DNA of 64,000 nt. Origin: Eledone cirrhosa (lineage: Eukaryota). The stretch is from positions 144,398,001-144,462,000 of the forward strand of contig OZ024743.1 of NCBI GenBank assembly GCA_964016885.1. The letters run 5' to 3'. Shown here one piece after another: positions 55,446 to 64,000 of the stretch (the first letter of the stretch is position 1; each line of letters opens with the position of its first letter). The translations under genes were made by a program, and so were the position numbers. Below the pieces are notes generated by a model that ran no database searches, was not told where the DNA came from, and saw nothing but the letters and a program-made list of their open reading frames with translations.

Positions 55446-56024
55446 CTTAATTCTTTCTGAGGTGAGCCTCACCCCAGAAAGAATTCTATAGACTTCTGGC
55501 TGAGGAATGCTCTCAGAACTGACCAATGGGAAGTTTGACACTTTTTTTGTTATTTTGTTCCTTTAACACCTTGTCCCTTCTACCACTTTATAAATTTTTT
55601 AAGCTAACTCCAACAATAACAACACTTAGAATGAGGAATGTTCTAATAACTGACCAATGAAAGGAGAAGAGGCCCTTTGACACTGAAATTCGTTTGTTTG
55701 AATTCATATGATTCCAGTTCCTCAGTGAAATAACAACCCAACCAGGAACTGGACATATCAGAGTATTGACAATATTATACACCTCAACAACATATGTACT
55801 TGTCTATACCACACTAATTCAAACTGCCTGAAGAGGTCACAGCCAAAGATGGCTGTCACTGAAATATATATAGCAGTAATAAAGGAAGCTAAATTTTAAA
55901 CATTTGACTTTTTATTTAACTTTATTTTACATTACTCCGGAGTAACCAAACCAACCTGCGCACTTCGTCGAGTGCTCCAGCCTGCATACTGAGGTGTTGG
56001 TATACAACCAACATATACTCAAAA
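55446..56024 (+). mobile_element. Probable 3' end/pseudo-LTR of a second PLE family
   Basis: Non-coding segment with an internal direct repeat (TGAGGAATG.TCT...AACTGACCAATG at ~55501 and ~55632), a hammerhead followed by AATAAA, ending at (CT)n(GT)n. The PLE assignment is inferred from the hammerhead type. Confidence 0.55.
55823..55877 (+). ncRNA. Minimal type I hammerhead ribozyme
   Basis: ACTGC-CTGAAGA-GGTCACAGCC(AAAGAT)GGCTGTCACT-GAAA-TATATA-TA^GCAGT. Stem I ACTGC/GCAGT is perfect, the core is intact and stem III is palindromic. Predicted cut is after 55872; AATAAA follows at 55878. Confidence 0.88.
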
Positions 56025-56134
<110 letters not shown>

Positions 56135-56296
56135 TGAGTGTGTGTACGTGATATATATGCTTGTTGGTGTATCTATGTATATTTTCATTGCGTATACTGT
56201 GGATCTGTAGAGGCTGTCTTGCTCTATGTGGAAGTCAATCTACCTTTAATATTGATCTTTTCTTGGCATTTTGATATTAACATTATCATCCTTATT

Positions 56297-56460
56297 GTGG
56301 ATTGGCAGTATCGGTAGAGGTCGGAAAAAGAGTTACGGCCCTTTATGGTCTGAGTTCAAATCCCGCCGAGGTTAACTTTGCCTTTCATCCTTACAAATAA
56401 AGTACCAGTAATGCACTGGGATTATTGCTGGTCTTGTGCCAAAAGTAGAAACTATTATTA
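56297..56460 (+). mobile_element. tRNA-derived SINE with internal deletions
   Basis: Head, B box and tail are present; part of the A-B box spacer and GGGGTCGAT are missing. Confidence 0.88.
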
Positions 56461-57104
56461 CTGTACACCTTTTCACTATCCCTTAGCTATGTGACAGTAC
56501 TCTTACTGTACTTTGTGTCTTAATTATTATTGATTTTTCATTCATATTTTAATCTTTGATCCCTGACTGGTTTACTACGTTCAACAATTCAATCAAAATT
56601 TTTGGAAATGTATTTAAAAAAAAAAAAGTTTTTTTCTAAATTCTTAATCTTGTAACTTCCTAATGTTTTAATTTTTTAATTTTTTAAAAATTTCTTAGCT
56701 TTATACCATTGCACTTAACTGGAACTGTATACAACCCACTGTTCCTTAGATCTAACTTAGCCTATTGTAAGCTAATCAAGCATGATGTGAGTAATTATAA
56801 CAACCCTCTCACATAACATTATTAATTTGATCTTTACTTTTTCATTCATTCTTTTCTACAAACTCTACCACACCGCCCCGCTTCCACCTCTCCCAACATC
56901 AAGAGCCCATTAAACTTCAGAACGGCAGAGTGGTTTTGCTCACTCATACGTTACATGTATCAAAGAACTTGTAAACCACACATAATTATCTGACATAATA
57001 TCAAATATATGAGATTTTGATATTTATTTTGAGAACAATACCGTAACATCAGTATGAGTGTCTAGTGTTCACTCATTGTGAGCAAATGGGGTCCTACGTG
57101 CTGG

Positions 57105-57320
57105 CTACCTCACAGCCCCGGCAGACAGAATGGAGAAGCTGTTTCCCCGGAAGATGGTAAGTGAGATGCGCTGGAAGAGCCATTCCATCTCGTGAGGCTC
57201 ACACTTGCGGCTGGCTAGCTCAGCACTTATGGTGGTTTGTAGGGAGGTAGCCCTAGGACCAAGGACACCAGAAGTCTCCACTGCCAAGGGAACGACCACA
57301 AACCTGTCGGAGAGCGACCG
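57105..57320 (-). mobile_element. CRE-like non-LTR retrotransposon fragment, RLE C-terminus
   Basis: VPLAVETSGVLGPRA...EPHEMEWLFQRISLTIFRGNSFSIL matches the FVPLAVET.G..G..A...L.QR.S..VQRGNA..I terminus of CRE-clade elements. Confidence 0.75.
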
Positions 57321-57608
57321 TAGAAGCGGATTGTCTTAAACAAAAGAAGTCTGATTGAGAAAACTTTGTATTTGTCTCTTTGTATTTGTTTATATTTAGC
57401 TATCCGCAGTTTACTTTTCGCCTTCTTTCCAATTCACTACAACTTATTTTTACATACTATGACCCCTTTTACATATTTTATTACTAACTCTGTTTTTTTC
57501 TTGTTTTATATATACATACATCTTTTATGTTTTTATATATACTTGTGTGCATATATGTATGTATATGTATGTGTGTATCTGTATGTGTGTGTATGTGCAT
57601 ATATATAA

Positions 57609-57658
<50 letters not shown>

Positions 57659-57835
57659 GTTTCTATTTTTGGCACAAGGCCAGCAATTATCCCAGTGCAT
57701 TACTAGTACTTTATTTTATAGACCCGTAAGGATGAAAGGCAAAGTTAACCTCGGCGGGATTTGAACTCAGAATGGCAAGGGCCGTAACTCTATGCGTCAA
57801 AGCATGGCGTCCGATCCTCTACCGATACTGCCAAT
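57659..57835 (-). mobile_element. tRNA-derived SINE, subfamily A, inverted orientation
   Basis: Reverse complement of the 52207 and 58054 copies (GGCACAAGGCCAGCAAT...GGATTTGAACTC...ACCGATACTGCCAAT). Confidence 0.92.
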
Positions 57836-58053
57836 ATTGATTATATATTTTTATATACTCTTTCATCCTCAACCCTTTATTTTTATTTTTATTTTTATTT
57901 CATTTTTCCTTTTCATTTTGATTTTATACTTTAAACTTTATTCTTATTTTTAATTTTTACCCTCTTAGTATTCCTCATTATTCTATTTTCCATCTTTAAC
58001 TATACGGTCTATCTATACCGTACCATCAACATCAGCATGAATATAATATCATT

Positions 58054-58330
58054 TTGGCAGTATCGGTAGAGGGTCGGACGCCATGCTTTGACGCATAGAG
58101 TTACGGCCCTTGCTATTCTGAGTTCAAATCCCGCCGAGGTTAACTTTGCCTTTCATCCTTCCGGGGTCGATAAAATAAAGTACCAGTAATGAACTGGGTA
58201 ATTGCTGGCCTTGTGCCTAACGTAGAAACAATTATTGGTATTATTGTTAATGCACTGGGGTCGATTTAATCGACTTTCCTCTCTCCCCAAATTGCTGGCC
58301 TTGTGCCTATTATAGAAATCATTATTATTA
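58054..58330 (+). mobile_element. tRNA-derived SINE, subfamily A (58054-58236) plus an extra 3' piece of a longer variant (58248-58330)
   Basis: A full copy followed by GCACTGGGGTCGATTTAATCGACT...CCCCAAATTGCTGGCCTTGTGCC and (ATT)n. Confidence 0.9.
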
Positions 58331-58500
58331 TTACTACTATTATTACTAATACTACTATTATTATCAATGTTTTTCTGATTAGTAGAATAATTATTATCAG
58401 TGTTTACCATTATTAATAGTACGTAAGAAAACATCATAAACAGTATATGTCTACCACCACTGAACGAGAAGATGGTCAGACCGGAATATAATTTTAAACA

Positions 58501-58716
58501 CATGAAATGTAATATTGATCTAAACATTAATAATCACAGATAATTCAATATAATGTCCTTTCAACATATTTTCATAACCAGAGCTATTAATTTACACCAG
58601 GACATAGGCTTAAGAAATCAACGTATGGCTTTCACATTGTAATGTAATCCTCATTCAATCCAATCCACTACATTCCGACATGAAGCATCGCAACAAGCCC
58701 AGAAATAGTTAATATT
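58501..58716. repeat. ~215-bp intronic segment duplicated at 61411-61626 (partial third copy at ~62980-63053)
   Basis: ATGAAATGTAATATTGATCTAAACATTAATAAT...CATTCCGACATGAAGCATCGCAACAAGCCCAGAAATAGTTAATATT is nearly identical in both places. Confidence 0.93.
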
Positions 58717-59094
58717 CTTGCTTTAATATAAGCAACTACATATTTTACCTAAAACACCATTATTCAATATTTATTTTCGCTCAGGAAGTCTCGTTCTTTA
58801 AAGTTTACATAAACTAGACGGGCTTTCTCGTCCGTATAGTTACAGTACGCGAAATTTAATGTATTGAATAAATACTATAAAACAATGACCTCATCTTGAG
58901 GTTTTCGAAAGAAATGCATATTTACTATAAATAAATATATTGAAAACACAGTAAAATATGCGGAATAGCCTTCTCCAAAGTAAATTATGAAAACCGTTAA
59001 AATAATGTATTTTCCAAACATATTGAATGTGAAACTAAACATTTCCAATTTAAGTGGAAATAAAAAATAAAATGAAGTAACATAAATTACTCAC

Positions 59095-59654
59095 ATTGAC
59101 AAGCTTTCGAAACTAGTTTGTTTACAATATTATTCAAGGATTCAAAGTTTTTAACAGGATACGTCAGTTCTGAACTGCTTGCAATATTTTCAATTTCTTG
59201 TTTATCATAGTTCTTTATTCCGATAGCAAATACCATAGCACCAGTTGCCTTTAGACTTTCAGCAGCAACTTTTGTAGATGCTCTATTCCGTGAGCTTCCA
59301 TCCATCATACCAAAGGCAATATTTTGTACATTTATTCTATCTCCACGTTTTTCGGTGAATGAAATTTTTCTTAAATAATTCAATGCTTTATCTGTGTAAG
59401 TTACCCACGAGAATACCGGATTTTGTCAATTGCCTTGTATATTTGTTCTTTGGTAAAATATGTATTCAAGTTAAACTCGTTTTGAACATAAGTGCTATAA
59501 GTAATAACACCTATCCGCACAGCATTGGAACCAACAGGGAAGGATTTAATTATATCTTTTGTAAATTTCTTCATTATTTTAAAGTTATGAGTGGTAACAC
59601 TGCCGGATTCATCCAAAACAAACATGATATCAGCAGAATTTGTTTGACATTTCG
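59095..59654 (-). pseudogene. Paralogous VWA-domain exon with a 1-bp frameshift (pseudo-exon, null allele or assembly error)
   Basis: 560 bp versus 561 bp in the paralog, with the same acceptor tttcag| (59660-59655) and donor |gtgagt (59094-59089). The plus strand reads GTAAGTT-ACCCAC versus GTAAGTTGACCCAC, so one base is missing at 59402/59403. DESGS is retained and TDG has become MDG. Confidence 0.85.
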
Positions 59655-59749
59655 CTGAAATATAAAGCAATGAAATCAAGTAAATTACGAAACTTTATGA
59701 ACATAAATTGTCATGTATATATAAATGTATATTACTAAATGTGTATATG

Positions 59750-59753
<4 letters not shown>

Positions 59754-59848
<95 letters not shown>

Positions 59849-59912
59849 TATATAATATATAATATATATATATATAAATAAATATATAATATATATATAT
59901 AATATATATATA
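59754..59912. repeat. (TA)n microsatellite
   Basis: Direct reading. Confidence 0.97.
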
Positions 59913-60436
59913 TTCCAATTGAGTTCTTAGCACGTGGCCTGAATTCCTTTCAGAGTTCATTGTCACGCGCATGTATTGTTTTTTTTTGGCGGTAATTCAC
60001 TTCCTCATTTTTTGAATCAGTTCGAGCACTTCTTTAGAACTGCTGGACTGGCAACCTGACAGATACCTCAGGCACAGAAAGTGATTATCGCTAAATGCTG
60101 ATGTTGGTTTGATTATCAATATTAGTATTATTGGGGCACCCACTGATGAATTATAGGAGCCCACTTGAATATATATCTGTTGATGGTATACAAGCTCCTA
60201 CATAAATTGGTTTAATTTCACCCAAATTGTAGGAATCCTATAATGAAACGAGACGTCCGTCTGGGAAGAGATATATTAGATATGTCTCATTTGAAATGAT
60301 ACAGCCAATTTTCCACGCAATACTTTTAGTTAGCACCCCGAACATATAATTGGGAATATAATCGCTTATTTCCTAATGTTTGTTGAGTGAGTTGGAATTT
60401 GGCCGGAGTATCGCTAAAAAGCTTTCTCCGATATTG

Positions 60437-60444
<8 letters not shown>

Positions 60445-60512
<68 letters not shown>

Positions 60513-60544
60513 GATAGATAGATAGATAGATAGATATAGATATA

Positions 60545-60593
<49 letters not shown>

Positions 60594-60610
60594 AAATATA
60601 GATATAGATA
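60445..60610. repeat. (TA)n/(TAGA)n microsatellite
   Basis: Direct reading. Confidence 0.95.
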
Positions 60611-61149
60611 AATTTCTATTTATTTGCCACGAGGGCACAAAAGAAGGGGACATTTACACAGTGGGGGAGTTTACATAAATCGAGTAAAGAAAAAAGGAAT
60701 AACAATAATAATATAACAATAAAAAGTCCTCAAAAGGGAGGGGGCGTGTTGGGGATTGCACATACCCCCGAAAAGATATATAAAATTCATTCATGAATGC
60801 ATTTAAGTAAACGCCATCTTAGAGCGAAGACAAACTTCTAAAATAAATTTTCGGCAGAGCCAGCGGTAACATCGCTCGTTATGCAATTTAGGGTGATCAG
60901 CCGATGTATACTTTAGAGAATAATATATATCCTCAACAGTTCTAGGGTATAGCAGAAGTTAGAGAAAAACACAATCTTGATAAGGGGCAATAACCTCGAA
61001 ACAATTGTAGATTGTTTTTCTCTCTGCTACCGCTGGAACAAAAGGATAACGATAGTCATCTGGTATACATGGTATAATGGGGCTGTTTGCTTGCAAAGGA
61101 ATCGAATATTAATAGTATTATAATATTATCATTATTCACTCACGAATGC

Positions 61150-61194
<45 letters not shown>

Positions 61195-61363
61195 ATATAT
61201 ATATATATATGATGGCTGCAAACTCTGCTGAGAGTACTGCAATTGGTTGTCAGATTACAGAGTTTGGTGCACTTTTAGGCTACGGCCAGTCACACAAACC
61301 TGTAACATATCCTGAACAAGCAATGCCTGTGCACTCGACCAATCCCACTCTCTGAGCATCGAA

Positions 61364-61395
61364 ACCCTCTACCGATACTGCCAATCCACCGCCCT
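61364..61395 (-). mobile_element. SINE 5' head fragment (A-box region only)
   Basis: The reverse complement AGGGCGGTGGATTGGCAGTATCGGTAGAGGGT is identical to the head of the 53607 copy. Confidence 0.85.
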
Positions 61396-61410
61396 GTTAT
61401 TTAACATGAT

Positions 61411-61626
61411 ATGAAATGTAATATTGATCTAAACATTAATAATGACAGATAACTCAATATAATGTCCTTTCAACATATTTTCATAACCAGAGCTATTGAT
61501 TTACACCAGGACATAGGTTTAAGAAATCAACATATGGCCTTCACATTGTAATGTAATCTTCATTCAATCCAATCCACTACATTCCGACATGAAGCATCGC
61601 AACAAGCCCAGAAATAGTTAATATTT
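61411..61626. repeat. Second copy of the 58501-58716 segment
   Basis: Direct comparison shows only a few substitutions. Confidence 0.93.
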
Positions 61627-61818
61627 CACCACTTCACATAGGCTTAAGAAATCAACGTACCGAGGTTACTTTGAATATTCGGAGCTACTTTGAAAAACAA
61701 AACAAAATAAAACAAAACAAAAAAAACAACAATAAAAACTCTTTATGCCATCATAGTTTCTTAAATATTATTATTTTGGAAACGATGTCTTGATAAATTG
61801 AAACTTTCATTATCACTT

Positions 61819-61996
61819 ATTGGCAGTATTGGTAGAGGGTCAGACATGCTTTCCAGCGTAGTTACGTCCCTTTACGATCTAAGTTAAAATCCCGCCGAGG
61901 TTAACTTTGCCTTTCATCCTTACGGGGTCGATAAAATAAAGTACCAGTAATACACTGGATAATTGCTGGCCTTGTGCCAAAAGTAGAAACAATTAT
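61819..61996 (+). mobile_element. tRNA-derived SINE, subfamily B
   Basis: GCTTTCCAGCGTAGTTACGTCCCTTTACGATCT diagnostic segment, decayed B box (GTTAAAATCC), core and tail. Confidence 0.9.
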
Positions 61997-62744
61997 CACT
62001 TAAACTTTCTCTTAAAGCATTTCCTTTAAATGACTTTAAACTCCGTAAAAATATGTAAATTATGTAGGCGCACACAGACGCTGAAATATTGACTCTATCA
62101 ACTTCCAGTCTGATCAAAGGGAATGTGTGTTTTGTATATATTTTTACATTTGATACATTCTTAATATGTTTTAGATTGATTCCGTAAATTTCAATTGAAT
62201 CCGTTAATTTAGACTTTTTGCCAATCACGGCAATGTTTAAAAATGTCTCCTGTTTTTAGTTTTGTTTCTTGTATACTGTCTGTTCCTTTTATTATTATAA
62301 TTATTTAGGATATATTTCTGACATGTTTACAGACCATTTCTATGTCAACTTTTTTTTTAATCTTTCTCGCTGATTTTGCTAAAGTCCATTTCGATGGCCA
62401 CTTTTACTATTCACCCTGAATTTGGCTGCTATTTACCCTACCAAAATTCACTAATTTATTGGGACACAGAGGTAATGGCTATAAATGTAGAAACTGGTGC
62501 CATAGAGTTTGCACTCGCTATGAACTTGGTCAAGACTATTATTTGTGTGAATTTTGTGAATAAAATGAATATTTTCAATTCATATTTCACATTTCTTGAA
62601 AATTGTTTGGAAGTGTAATCATAGATTACATTAGTCGTATGTATAATTAAATACACTTTTTTGTCATAATTTCCGTGAAATTTATACTGCAATTAAAATA
62701 TCTATGAAATGTCTTATACATATACCTTTCACTCTGTAATGGAG

Positions 62745-62802
62745 AGTTATATTTAGTCTTCAAAGTAGCCCCGACGCGGGGCTACGAAGACTAAATATAA
62801 CT
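62745..62802. other. Strong isolated hairpin/palindrome
   Basis: AGTTATATTTAGTCTTC-aaa-GTAGCCCCG(ACG)CGGGGCTAC-GAAGACTAAATATAACT gives perfect 17-bp and 9-bp stems with a 3-nt bulge. Confidence 0.9.
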
Positions 62803-63056
62803 GTCAATAACAATATAAGGAATTAAGATACCTTTACAAATTTTTGAGAAAAGTTACATATGATAGAGCCTCATTGAATTATTTCTATATTAGCCACATC
62901 CGTCAATAGAAAATTGAGCTATGTGGCATAAAAGATGCAAAATTCACGAAAATCATTCAAAGTAACCCCGGTATACGGCATGCCTTTCACTTTGTAATAT
63001 AATCTTCATTCTATCCACTCCACTGCATTCCGACATGAAACATCGCAACAAGCGCT

Positions 63057-63103
63057 CACACACACACACATTCACACACATGCACACACACACATGCACA
63101 CAT

Positions 63104-63202
<99 letters not shown>

Positions 63203-63232
63203 CATGCACACACGCATCCATGCACACACACA
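63057..63232. repeat. (CA)n microsatellite
   Basis: Direct reading. Confidence 0.97.
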
Positions 63233-63399
63233 CTTATATATATATATATATGCAAACATTTTATTTAAATTGTTGGGATACAACAAGCAAATATTTTTAT
63301 AACTGATATAAAGCACTCGACAAATATTTGGAGTAGATATACGATATTTATAAATGGAAACTATATTTATAAAACTATATTTATAAACTATATTTATAA

Positions 63400-64000
63400 A
63401 CTATATTTATAAAGGGTTAGGTAGAGCCGGGTATAGAAATAAAATTAAATACATCGATAATAATAATAATATACAAAATAACCAAAATAATAACAACTTT
63501 AATTATGGTAACAATTTCAACAACCATAATAGAAAATATTACTATAACTCCGAAAGTCTAAAAAGAAATAGAACTAGGAATATATTATTGTTCGCTCCCC
63601 CTTTCTCACTAAATATTAAAACCCCTATTGCTAAACTACTCTTTAAAGCTCTTGACAAACGATTCCCTAGAACACATAAATATTACTCAATTTTTAATAG
63701 ACATACTATAAAATTAACCTACTCTTCCACCAAAAATTTAGCGCAAAATATTAATAGAATTAATAATAGAAATTTAAAACCTAAAATACCAATAATAACC
63801 CAAGCAATATTCAATCGAATAACTGTAACTGTAGAAATAAATCCAACTGTCCGTTAAATAACAACTGCTTAGCTAAAAATGTAGTTTATAATTGTAATGT
63901 TAAAACTAATTTAAATTCATTTAACTATGTCGGTTCTACCTCTACAGAATTTAAATCCCGCTTCAATAATCATAAAAATTCTTTTACAGATCAAAACAAA
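63400..64000 (+). mobile_element. Penelope-like retroelement fragment (end of RT thumb, linker, Cys-rich motif, GIY-YIG start), frameshifted and running off the window
   Basis: YKGLGRAGYRNKIKY...RNRTRNILLFAPPFSLNIKT...FPRTHKYYSIFNRHTIKLTYS, then after a frameshift (~63782-63820) CNCRNKSNCPLNNNCLAKNVVYNCNV...YVGSTSTEFKSRFNNHKNSF. Confidence 0.9.

Noticed and set aside
55446-55541. N-terminal part of the 149-aa ORF (MSNFPLVSSES...)
   Set aside because: It lies beyond the PLE truncation and palindromic junction and lacks the expected VVY and Cys motifs, so it is an accidental in-frame extension.
59950-61100. Possible decayed LINE 3' pieces (plus-strand CR1/L2-like at ~59950-60440, minus-strand L1/Tx1-like at ~60615-61100)
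   Set aside because: Only faint motif resemblance with many stops; cannot be supported without a profile search.
62050-62692. Possible additional exon of the VWA gene (acceptor-like ttgcag near 62690 on the minus strand, short ORFs)
   Set aside because: No recognisable domain, no convincing donor and multiple stops.

Overview
Eukaryotic (animal) genomic DNA. The SINE family and dense (CA)n/(TA)n microsatellites look like an octopus or other coleoid mollusc, which is an inference. Positions 1-~47887 are one uninterrupted 31-bp satellite (consensus GGACTGGTAGACCTCACACTACAGTATAAAT, ~1,540 monomers). It has nested higher-order duplications (~3.0-3.1, ~6.1-6.2, 12.4 and 26.4 kb offsets) and a diverged edge layer. 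The remaining 16 kb holds two paralogous phase-1/phase-1 VWA-domain exons on the minus strand, one intact and one with a 1-bp frameshift. They sit among transposon debris: about 11 copies or pieces of a tRNA-derived SINE, three Penelope-like element (PLE) pieces, two CRE-like retrotransposon pieces, a Merlin transposase relic, hAT and piggyBac-like MITE pieces and a 130-bp-arm foldback. Two minimal type I hammerhead ribozymes lie on opposite strands in the intron between the VWA exons, one of them in the sense of the pre-mRNA. There is no CRISPR array or prokaryotic system. I found no clearly new system; the best leads are the intronic ribozymes, the VWA exon pair diversified near its MIDAS motifs, and the satellite architecture.
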